Source: Obrimoposthia wandeli (Eukaryota). From it: a stretch of DNA of 64,000 nt. The notes below the pieces were generated by a model. The model worked only from the letters and a program-made list of their open reading frames with translations. It was not told the origin of the DNA and ran no database searches. The position numbers were made by a program, and so were the translations under genes. This document shows positions 45,159-53,623 of this stretch, in pieces; position 1 is the first letter of the stretch, and each line of letters starts with the position of its first letter. Location: the NCBI GenBank assembly GCA_977020255.1, contig CDROCS010000506.1, positions 3,038,001 through 3,102,000 of the forward strand, in the 5' to 3' direction.

Positions 45159-46232
45159 GTGCATTTGAGTACTATAGATCTAATGAAGTTGCTTAGCATT
45201 GATAAAGTTGCAAGCAGATACGAAATACTAGAGCAACTGGAAGAAGGTAAAGGAGCTCGGAGCTTTAAAGGGATTGATATAAGTACAGGTTACCCAGTAT
45301 TTATGAAATATTTATTATTCCCATCGAATCAATACGAAATATCTAAGTTCCAAGCTGAGGTGGAAGTAACTAAAGTTATTTCATCACGAGAAAGTTCTGG
45401 TCTAGGAAGTATTTGTGCAAAATACTTACACCATGAAATAATGTTCGATAATGATTTATATTGTTTAATTACGGAATGGAACACTGCACCAACTTTAACA
45501 CAATGGTTGAATGATAACAGTGACGCAAATATAGAAACACGCTTTGAACTAGTTCACCGAATATGCAACGCTGTAGGACGTATTCCATCTGGATTCCATC
45601 ACAGAGATTTACACCCAGGAAATATACTTGTTGAGGATATAAAGGTTGATTGGCATCAAGACATATCGGATGTAGGAATAAAAATTATCGACTGGGGTGA
45701 GGCTCTTCCTGAATCACTTTATGGCTTTGAGGACTCCCCCGAATTTATAATTGAGCTAATAGATAATACCCCAAAGAAAATAGAAGGTTCTTATTATAGT
45801 TTACCACCTGAAGTTTTTTTACCATGGGAAGTTAGAAAAACTCAATGGGGTAAATATGATGCATGGCCAATAGCACTATTGATGTACAAAATAATGACGG
45901 GTAATGACTTGATAGAGCATGATGATTTAGGTTCATATATAAATGCTATTAATAAAGGGGGGTTAGGTAACGCCATTAGAACCGCTACATCTGAATTAAG
46001 TCAATTAGATATGAGTGGCGCGCAATTATTAACTGCAGTGTTCGGGAAAATATGTGAACCTGACGTGTTAAAACGAGAAACATTGTCCTATGTTAGTAGG
46101 GTTATATGGGACATGAGAATTGAAGGTTTTAATCCTAAAGATCTAAATGTAAAATATCGATATTTATTAAACCCGTTTGATTACATACCACCTGGAGGAT
46201 GGCGGTATTCTTCTGTTTTTGATTATAATTAA
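45159..46232 (+). CDS. Hanks-type Ser/Thr protein kinase (kinase-2)
   Basis: FMKY, HHRDLHPGNILV, IIDWG, LPPE, YDAWPIA. Alternative ATG at 45183. Confidence 0.88.
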   Translation: MHLSTIDLMKLLSIDKVASRYEILEQLEEGKGARSFKGIDISTGYPVFMKYLLFPSNQYEISKFQAEVEVTKVISSRESSGLGSICAKYLHHEIMFDNDLYCLITEWNTAPTLTQWLNDNSDANIETRFELVHRICNAVGRIPSGFHHRDLHPGNILVEDIKVDWHQDISDVGIKIIDWGEALPESLYGFEDSPEFIIELIDNTPKKIEGSYYSLPPEVFLPWEVRKTQWGKYDAWPIALLMYKIMTGNDLIEHDDLGSYINAINKGGLGNAIRTATSELSQLDMSGAQLLTAVFGKICEPDVLKRETLSYVSRVIWDMRIEGFNPKDLNVKYRYLLNPFDYIPPGGWRYSSVFDYN

Positions 46233-46235
46233 AAG

Positions 46236-46705
46236 ATGTTAGAATTAAATTATACAGAGGTTTAAACTTTTCTGTTGAAAGTAGTGTTTAGATAATCCAT
46301 TTAAAACGAAAGCTAGAACCCCAATACATACACCTAAATTTATTCATGACATTGCAGATTCTTGGTTTCAAGACCAATTAGAAATTAGAACTAGGAGTGA
46401 GTGTATTTTCTGTACCCTTTATATCCATATCGCTTTAGTTATGCCAAGGGATATAAAGAAAGTACACTAGTCGAAATAACCCCTTTAGACAACTCCTTAT
46501 TAATATTTAGTGAACAAGTTGATGATTTCAATGAACACATACCTGATAGGGGATCAATCGTCAGGAAATATATAATTGGTTAAGCCAGCAAGATTATAAA
46601 AAAGTAGATTCAATAGAAAAACTGCCCGCAGATTTTTTTGGATAGGTGATGCTTTCATGTGATAAGTATGTTGTAAAAATAATAGAAAGGTTTACTAATA
46701 GTTAG
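46236..46705 (+). pseudogene. Full-length pseudogenised paralog of ART-1 (ART-2)
   Basis: Fragments across frames: KLYRGLNFSVESSV / LDNPF...IHDIADSWF...RSECIFCT / YAKGY...LIFSEQVDDF / QEIYNWL...KLPADFFG*VMLSC. These align end-to-end with ART-1. Confidence 0.9.
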
Positions 46706-46818
46706 CCAATAGAGTAGCGGCGGAGCAATGACTTCACCGAAATCCCCTTTTCCTATTTTAGTAAAGGGGGATTACCGCTGAAAATGTAAATTGAAGAATC
46801 AAAATATAGGATAATTAA

Positions 46819-47304
46819 ATGTTTGAAAACCCTTCAGATCAGGCTAGATTAGTCACTGTTCTACTTACAGCTTTTATAACTATAATAGTAGTTTATTATA
46901 ATCAACAAAGAACAAGCAAAAGAGAAGAAGCTAAGGTTAAGTTAGAAAAACTGGAAGAAATAGGTCGGTCTATAAATAATGCTGCGCTTCTCATAAATAG
47001 ACATTTGGAAAAATATGGGGGTGCTTCTTTCTCTGTTAGTCAGAATAGAAAATTAGTTGATAACGAATATTTAAATGAAGCCCTAACACTGTTAATAAAT
47101 GCAGAGCTTCTTGAAGTGATTCATTTTAATAATGATAATGTCTTCGTTGATAACATAACTAAGCTGGTCAGCACTACAAGTAACCTATTAATTTCAAATG
47201 ATAGTCTCTCTATAGAAAATCATCGAAAACAATACTACAAAACTAATGGCATTCTTTTAAGTAGAAATAATACTAGAATAAAAACAATACTTGGTAGAAT
47301 TTAG
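46819..47304 (+). CDS. Hypothetical protein with a single N-terminal TM helix
   Basis: LVTVLLTAFITIIVVYY followed by a charged helical segment; AT-rich codons. Confidence 0.65.
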   Translation: MFENPSDQARLVTVLLTAFITIIVVYYNQQRTSKREEAKVKLEKLEEIGRSINNAALLINRHLEKYGGASFSVSQNRKLVDNEYLNEALTLLINAELLEVIHFNNDNVFVDNITKLVSTTSNLLISNDSLSIENHRKQYYKTNGILLSRNNTRIKTILGRI

Positions 47305-47332
47305 AAACTAAAGGCTAGATTTATCACTCTTA

Positions 47333-47583
47333 TCATGTTGTTTTTGAGAACGGATTCAACCTAACCGCATCCTCTAAATGCTCTGGTGCAAAATGTGAAT
47401 ATTTCATCGTATCAACAATTGATGCGTGACCCTGTATTCGCTGTAGCACCAGAATATTACCGCCATTCATCATAAAATAACTAGTAAACGAGTGTCGTAA
47501 CGCATGGCTAATTTTCCTTTCGGGTAATTAAAATCCTGTATGCTCTACCGCATTGACTAAATGCTTGTAAGCCGTTGCTAAAC
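47333..47583 (-). pseudogene. int: C-terminal remnant of a P2/HP1-type phage tyrosine integrase
   Basis: Minus strand 47527-47333 reads LPERKISHALRHSFTSYFMMNGGNILVLQRIQGHASIVDTMKYSHFAPEHLEDAVRLNP. In-frame TAA at 47530-47528; no N-terminal part. The upstream limit is approximate. Confidence 0.9.
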
Positions 47584-47713
47584 AAATTTCAACAATTTAT
47601 CTAACGTATAGTGCATCCATTATTGTCCTCACCCCAATACAAACCCTTACAGTCATAAATATATTTATCCCTATAATCGAGTGCACATCCTCTCGATTTA
47701 GGGAAACCACTTT

Positions 47714-48508
47714 ATGCACTTTTTTACACTGAAAAACTCTGCAATATTATCCGTCACTGCCGCCCTGTATTTAACGGCTTGCACTCATACCGCGCAAGCC
47801 AGCAACGTAGTCAAAACCGTCACTAACGGTGCATTAACTTTCGAGCTCGAATTCGAAGATGAACTATACCTCGAGGGCGGCAGAGAATTGATGTGGAGCG
47901 ATGCGTTGCAGCAACCTTATATCGAGGCAGCCAACCAATGGTTAACGGCATTAGTCGGCGTCGAGGGGAAACAGCAGCACACCATCCGCATGCGGATCGC
48001 GGTGGCAGAAATGAATGACGGTAATGGTTACGCTGGCCCTGATTCTGAAGAACAAATCGGTGACTACGAGATACCAACCAGCGGTACCTTAGTTATCGGT
48101 AATCATACCTACGAACAAGGCTTTGATCAGGTCGAGTTTAAAGCCAACATCCTCCATGAAATGGGGCACATCCTTGGCATCGGTTCGTATACTGAAAAGT
48201 TCACCGAATACAGCGAGGAACTCCAAGGCAATGTATTGAAAGTGCCACACAGTATGGCTGCGCAAAAATATAACCAGATATACGGTAACAGCTATCAGTA
48301 TGTACCAATCAGTGATGACGGCGGTCACTTGTATGATTATGTACTGCAAGAAGACAAAAAACGGGTATTGGATAACGGTAAAGTGTTAGCGCCATTAACC
48401 CAAGAATTTATGGCCAATGGTGTGGTCTTTGGCGCAGTGACGCTAGGGGTACTCGATGATATTGGTTATGTGGTTTCTTATAGTGGGGCAGAGAGTTATA
48501 AGCCTTAA
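47714..48508 (+). CDS. Leishmanolysin (M8)-like zinc metalloprotease lipoprotein
   Basis: Lipobox LTAC, LHEMGHILGIG, downstream GGH and EFM (third ligand and Met-turn-like). Confidence 0.7.
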   Translation: MHFFTLKNSAILSVTAALYLTACTHTAQASNVVKTVTNGALTFELEFEDELYLEGGRELMWSDALQQPYIEAANQWLTALVGVEGKQQHTIRMRIAVAEMNDGNGYAGPDSEEQIGDYEIPTSGTLVIGNHTYEQGFDQVEFKANILHEMGHILGIGSYTEKFTEYSEELQGNVLKVPHSMAAQKYNQIYGNSYQYVPISDDGGHLYDYVLQEDKKRVLDNGKVLAPLTQEFMANGVVFGAVTLGVLDDIGYVVSYSGAESYKP

Positions 48509-48525
48509 CGTCACAAATATATGCT

Positions 48526-48694
48526 CCCTATAATCGACCACACATCCTCTCGATTTAGGGACACCACTTCATGTCCTTTTTTATACTGAAAAACTCTGCA
48601 ATATTATCCGCCACTGCCGCCTATATTTAACGGCCTGCACTCATACCACGTAAGCTAGTCACTTTGTTAAAGCCGTTACTAACGGTGCATTAAC
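48526..48694 (+). repeat. Diverged direct repeat of 47669-47838 (5' UTR plus signal-peptide coding region); truncated second copy
   Basis: Both copies begin CCCTATAATCGA and end ACTAACGGTGCATTAAC. Copy 2 has a 1-bp deletion giving MSFFILKNSAILSATAAYI*. Confidence 0.92.
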
Positions 48695-48926
48695 CTTATC
48701 TCTATATCGCTAAATAATTTTATTAAAGACTGCCTTACTGATTAAGTAACGCCTAGTTACAGCATTAAATATTAATAAATGACAGCCTGTCGATAAAAGT
48801 GTTGAAATACAAAACGAAAAAACAACATTACCCCATAATAATAAATTGTTGTTTCAAATTAACTTTTTATTTTTTTTATTACCGTATATTCAACTGAATG
48901 TCATCAACCAATCAAAGGACTGAACC

Positions 48927-49607
48927 ATGAGGACACTAAAAAAACAGAGTGTATATATTGTTTCTAAAGATAGAGCCTGGAGAAATTTGATCGTTGCTAG
49001 CCTTTCCGCCGCTTTTCAATGCCGCGGCTTTGTGGAAGAAAACTCAGTTGAAAACCTATGGAACCTACATCATAGCGACATTGTTGTGTTCGATAAATTA
49101 ACATTAAAAAACCCCACATCATTGTGTGTTTATCCTATTGAACGAGGCGGGAAATGGCTAATCGTTAATGCTGGGGACGTTGATGAACAAAATGTTGTTG
49201 GCATCATCGCCCTTGGTTTTTCGGGATTAATTACCACGCCATTCACCTTTGAAATGCTGCCTAGAGCCTTACGTACAATCACAACGGGCCAATTATGGTT
49301 CAGTCGAGATGCGATGTCTCAAACATTAAGAACCCTAATAACGCAGGCAGGATCTTTGCACAATTCAGCGGATATATTAGGGGCTAAATATGCCCTTACG
49401 AATAGAGAATCACAGGTGTTGAATCACCTTTTACAGGGGGAAAGCAATAAAGAAATTGCGGCCCAATTATATCTCAGCCCCAGTACAGTCAAGTGTCATG
49501 TTTCTAGTATCTTATTAAAAACGGGTAAACATAGTCGCTGTGAAATCGGCATGCTTCTGATGAAGGAAAAAGAAGATAGTGCGCTTGCGGCATCATCGAC
49601 AGTGTAA
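48927..49607 (+). CDS. LuxR-type regulator, VpsT/CsgD-like
   Basis: Degenerate receiver domain, LWFSR motif, LTNRESQVL...GESNKEIA...SPSTVKCHVSSI helix-turn-helix. Confidence 0.85.
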   Translation: MRTLKKQSVYIVSKDRAWRNLIVASLSAAFQCRGFVEENSVENLWNLHHSDIVVFDKLTLKNPTSLCVYPIERGGKWLIVNAGDVDEQNVVGIIALGFSGLITTPFTFEMLPRALRTITTGQLWFSRDAMSQTLRTLITQAGSLHNSADILGAKYALTNRESQVLNHLLQGESNKEIAAQLYLSPSTVKCHVSSILLKTGKHSRCEIGMLLMKEKEDSALAASSTV

Positions 49608-49611
49608 AACG

Positions 49612-49716
49612 ATTCAACATTCAACATTCAACATTCAACATTCAATACTTAATATTAAACATTAAACATTAAACATTAAACACTAAACACTAAACACTAA
49701 ACACTAAACACTAAAC
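49612..49716 (+). repeat. In-register heptamer tandem array of 15 units
   Basis: (ATTCAAC)4 ATTCAAT ACTTAAT (ATTAAAC)4 (ACTAAAC)5. Confidence 0.95.
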
Positions 49717-49885
49717 ATTCATATTTCAAAAATTAAGATTAAAAATAAAAACTTAATTAGGCCAAAACTAGTTATCTTTTTACCACTCAAGTAGCCAACT
49801 GGCCGATGTAAATAATTCGATTAAAGGTTAAATTAAATCAAGTTATTTTTTTGGAAGCAAGTTGTTTAATCGAGAGGGAAATATT

Positions 49886-50407
49886 ATGAAATATTTAATG
49901 AATAGTATGGCGATAGCACTAGCATTAGTTCTTTCAGCCGGCGCAAATGCCAAAACATGGGGTAGCGACCCTGATACTCACCCAAATGGTGAAAGCCAAT
50001 TTAACATTGCACTTACCGGTGATGTTCCTCAGCGTTGTCGTATAGTGACCCGACAAAATCTATTAATTGAATTGGATCTAGATGACAAAGGTGCACAAGC
50101 GAGTAAGTTCAAATTCAAAGCTTGGTGTAACACCGGATCTACAAATGGTAATTTAGTGGTTGGTGGTTTCGAGACCTTTCAAAACGAGCGTGGCAATGTA
50201 ATTCCACTAGCGATTGCCTTTAATGGAGCCAATGGTCGTATTGAAACAGGCGATAAACGTGCCTTCGAACAAAATATGCAGGTTTCGAATGCGACTGACG
50301 GTTCAATGGGCCCCCTCAATACACTGAAAATAAAACCCGTCGTGAATGGTTTTGAAGACGCGGGTAATTATACAACCAGCATGTATGTAGCGCTGTACCC
50401 TAGATAG
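49886..50407 (+). CDS. Putative major pilin of a chaperone-usher system
   Basis: Signal peptide ending ANA, two Cys, C-terminal alternating strand YVALYPR; first gene of the cluster; GAGGGA RBS before ATG 49886. Confidence 0.65.
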   Translation: MKYLMNSMAIALALVLSAGANAKTWGSDPDTHPNGESQFNIALTGDVPQRCRIVTRQNLLIELDLDDKGAQASKFKFKAWCNTGSTNGNLVVGGFETFQNERGNVIPLAIAFNGANGRIETGDKRAFEQNMQVSNATDGSMGPLNTLKIKPVVNGFEDAGNYTTSMYVALYPR

Positions 50408-50429
50408 TCATAAATATAGCTAAATAATC

Positions 50430-50448
50430 AGGGGCCTTTGGGCCCCTT
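50430..50448 (+). terminator. Hairpin after the pilin gene
   Basis: AGGGGCC-TTTG-GGCCCCT; short stem with a weak U-tract. Confidence 0.5.
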
Positions 50449-50461
50449 ATGAGAGTGGTCT

Positions 50462-51157
50462 ATGCGATTATTTACAACCTTGTTGATTGCGATTGTCCTG
50501 TTTTCTCCCGTTACTTATGCCTTTGAACTTTTCCCTATGGTCACGTTTTTATCAGACCAAGGAAGTAAAAGTGAATATTTTTACCAAGTCAATAACACGA
50601 CGGATAAAGCCTTACCGCTAGAGATTTTCGTTAAGCAACGCAATATATCCGGTGAAGAGTCTGAACTGTTGAGCGACTCTGAAGATTTCTTTGTTTTTCC
50701 ACCTCAGGTACTTATCCAGCCGGGAAAAACACAAATGATAAAAGTTAAATATATTGGTGAACCTGTCGATATTTCTACATCTTACCGTATCGTCTTTAGC
50801 CAATTACCTATCAATGATAACGCGACCAAAAGCAGTATCAAAATGCTATTCCAAATTGGCGCACTCGCGTTTGTTTCTGCAAATAACGTGCAAAATATTG
50901 CTACCGCAGAAATAATTTATCAAGACAAAATACCAACACAAATGCAGATAACAAACCAAGGCTCTGGCGTCATTGTTATTCCAGAACTGTCTTTTTCTGT
51001 AATAAGTGAGCATGCGAGTTACACATGGCAATGGGATGATCTTAAGCACTTATTCGATCGACAATTTCTTGTTCCAGGAGAGATCGTTAATGTAGCTATG
51101 GATACATTACTATTACCGCAAGATAGCGCAGCATCGGTAACTATAACGGTGGAGTAG
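50462..51157 (+). CDS. Periplasmic pilus chaperone
   Basis: Signal peptide; FFVFPPQVLIQPGKTQMIKV and SYRIVFSQLP, PapD-like N domain. Confidence 0.85.
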   Translation: MRLFTTLLIAIVLFSPVTYAFELFPMVTFLSDQGSKSEYFYQVNNTTDKALPLEIFVKQRNISGEESELLSDSEDFFVFPPQVLIQPGKTQMIKVKYIGEPVDISTSYRIVFSQLPINDNATKSSIKMLFQIGALAFVSANNVQNIATAEIIYQDKIPTQMQITNQGSGVIVIPELSFSVISEHASYTWQWDDLKHLFDRQFLVPGEIVNVAMDTLLLPQDSAASVTITVE

Positions 51158-53623
51158 GTGATGAAGGGAACTTACCAACAGTTTCCCCCTGCATACCTGT
51201 GGATATTGGTTCTAATATTGCTGATAACATCCGGACATACAATCGGAATGACCTTTTCACTGCCGCTTGAGATTAATGGGCGAGAAATAGGTTCACTGCC
51301 GGTCTCGTTAGATGGAGCTGAAGTCAATGCTGTGTCACTGACCTCGCTAAAATCGATACTCGGCCCTCGCGTATCTGACGTTGTTTGGCAAGCCCTGTTA
51401 GCGAAGCATATAAAAAATGATGCCGCTGATGCCATGGTGCCACTTACAAGTATTGCAGAACAAGGGATAGACCTGATATTCAGCTCAGCTAAGCTGATTC
51501 TTACTGTAGACATATCACCAGAGGCGTTTGGTCAATCTAATGTCGATTTTGGTGAAGAGTTTAATTTATTCATCCCTTCTAAAAGTGGCAATTTTAGTTG
51601 GTTAAACAGTATTAACTTTACGCATAACCAGAGCTGGCAGGCTGACAGCAGTGATAACTTTTCTTCCGTCGATTGGCTTGGACAGATAAATATCGGTGGT
51701 GCCAACGGTTTCAATATGGTGACGGCCAATTACCTCGAAGTAGCCGACAATGATACCAATATGTTCCGCGGTGAGTGGAAAGCATTTTACGATAATCCCA
51801 GCGCACCATTTAGGCTATCTGTCGGTGATGTTTTATCGGGGGCAAGTTCAGGTTCCGTAGGCCATCTTTCTAATATGAGCTTAGGTGGTTTGTCGATTAA
51901 GAGTGATTATGCCGAGTTGCAACCCGAACGCACTATTGGCCCTAATAATAGCCAAGAGCTGATCCTTAATGAAAGTGCTGCAATAGACGTTAGCATCAAT
52001 GGCCAAGTTATTTTCAGTGGTCGCCAAGAGGCTGGTCGCTATAACCTGAGCAACTTACCCATGGCCAATGGCGCCAACGATATCGTCGTTAATATCACTT
52101 ATCTTTCAGGCAGAACCGAGCGACTTATCTTTAGCCAGTTCTACAACAATAACTTACTTAATGAAGGCATGATCAATTATGGCGCTACCGTCGGGGTCCC
52201 GTCTATTTTTACCGACGAAGGTATCGAGTATCTAGATTCATGGGCAGTAACCGGATTCGCTGAATACGGGGTGTCATCTTGGTTAACGCTAGGCGGTAAT
52301 AGCGCGGTTGCCAAATATGGTCAGGTGCTGGGAACGACTGCAACGCTAGGAACTGATTGGGGCAATTTATCTGGGCGTTTGTCTTTTAGTAATCTGGAAA
52401 ATACGGGCGCTGGTAATATCCTGTCATTCACCTTTGAAAAAAGCTCATTAAGCAGTAAAAAAGACAACACATATAATTTCAGATTAGGTATCGATTTTGC
52501 CGATTCATTTACGACGACAATCTGGGATGCGGATACTGTGGTGACATCATACGATCGCTATTTAGCCCATTATGTCTGGCTGTTTAATGAGCATTGGGAT
52601 GCCACATTATCAGGTGATTATTCTAAAGAAGCGCTAGGGGATGAAAATACTAACGCGACGTTTAAATTAAGCTATAAAACGGGTAATTGGACCTTTGGTT
52701 CTGGCGTTAATTACCAAGAAAGTGAGCAGTATAATGATGCTGATATCGAATACTTTTTCACTTTTGACTGGCGTAATACGAATATTAACAGTGGCATAAA
52801 CTTTAGTGCCAATTATGACAGTGTTAATAATCACGCCAGCCTAGACCTTAATCGAACGGGTCAAGACCGTGTCGGTAGTGTCGGTTATCGCGTGCAGGCT
52901 GAATATGAAGATAACCGCGACAGCCAGACTGCCCAGCTTACGTATACCGCCAACAGAGTTAGGTTAGAGGGCGAAGTTGAGCGTAACAAAACCCGCAGTA
53001 GTGACGCCTCTTATTCTGCCTCTATTCGCGGTAATACTGCTATTGGTATTGTTGATGGCAAGGTCGGTTGGGGACGAGCAACTGATGGCCCATTCATGGT
53101 TACCCATCTTCACCCCTCGTTATCTGGACAAGAAGCACAGCTGGGTACGGGACAGCAAGAGGACTATAAAGCGGCAGCTAATAGGGTCATTGGAGGATTA
53201 TTACCGCTGGACGTGGCTTACAGCCAAAACATTATCGATGTCAACGTACCCAATGCGCCTGTCGGTTATGACTGGGGAGAAAGCCGAATCATAATATCTC
53301 CTGGCGCTACTACTGGTCACTTCTTAATGATCGGCTCGGATAATGCTTATACCGCAAAGGGTGTTTTAAAAGATGCGAATGGCGACCCTATTTCCTACTT
53401 GCAGGGGCAAATTGTCAGTGACAAGTCACAACTATCATTCTTTACAAATAAAGCCGGACGCTTCTATGTACAAGGCATAGGCCCCGGGAAATACACAGTA
53501 ATAATAGCGGATGACAAATATGAATCGCTATCAATAGTGATTGAACAAGCTGATAGCCATTTAATTGAACTTGGCACGCTAAACATAAAATGTATCAAGG
53601 AGAATTGCGATGAAGATCTTTAA
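51158..53623 (+). CDS. Outer-membrane fimbrial usher
   Basis: 821 aa, beta-rich; SLGGLSIKSDY, GRYNLSNLPMANGANDI, FFTNKAGRFYVQGIGPGKY. Confidence 0.85.
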   Translation: MMKGTYQQFPPAYLWILVLILLITSGHTIGMTFSLPLEINGREIGSLPVSLDGAEVNAVSLTSLKSILGPRVSDVVWQALLAKHIKNDAADAMVPLTSIAEQGIDLIFSSAKLILTVDISPEAFGQSNVDFGEEFNLFIPSKSGNFSWLNSINFTHNQSWQADSSDNFSSVDWLGQINIGGANGFNMVTANYLEVADNDTNMFRGEWKAFYDNPSAPFRLSVGDVLSGASSGSVGHLSNMSLGGLSIKSDYAELQPERTIGPNNSQELILNESAAIDVSINGQVIFSGRQEAGRYNLSNLPMANGANDIVVNITYLSGRTERLIFSQFYNNNLLNEGMINYGATVGVPSIFTDEGIEYLDSWAVTGFAEYGVSSWLTLGGNSAVAKYGQVLGTTATLGTDWGNLSGRLSFSNLENTGAGNILSFTFEKSSLSSKKDNTYNFRLGIDFADSFTTTIWDADTVVTSYDRYLAHYVWLFNEHWDATLSGDYSKEALGDENTNATFKLSYKTGNWTFGSGVNYQESEQYNDADIEYFFTFDWRNTNINSGINFSANYDSVNNHASLDLNRTGQDRVGSVGYRVQAEYEDNRDSQTAQLTYTANRVRLEGEVERNKTRSSDASYSASIRGNTAIGIVDGKVGWGRATDGPFMVTHLHPSLSGQEAQLGTGQQEDYKAAANRVIGGLLPLDVAYSQNIIDVNVPNAPVGYDWGESRIIISPGATTGHFLMIGSDNAYTAKGVLKDANGDPISYLQGQIVSDKSQLSFFTNKAGRFYVQGIGPGKYTVIIADDKYESLSIVIEQADSHLIELGTLNIKCIKENCDEDL

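Noticed and set aside
43779-46232. Assignment to a kinase-kinase-phosphatase module or HipA
   Set aside because: No PP2C-like phosphatase is adjacent, and the kinases have Hanks HRD motifs rather than HipA motifs.
46401-46583. 60-aa ORF in the track, considered as an independent gene
   Set aside because: It is one reading-frame fragment of the ART-2 pseudogene.
43016-47660. attL/attR direct repeats or integron attC sites bounding the island
   Set aside because: No duplication of the gcvP 3' end or a tRNA fragment and no convincing attC arms were found by eye; an alignment could still find short cores.
49612-49716. Possible CRISPR array (also considered for 7863-7921)
   Set aside because: Contiguous short units with no unique spacers and no cas genes.
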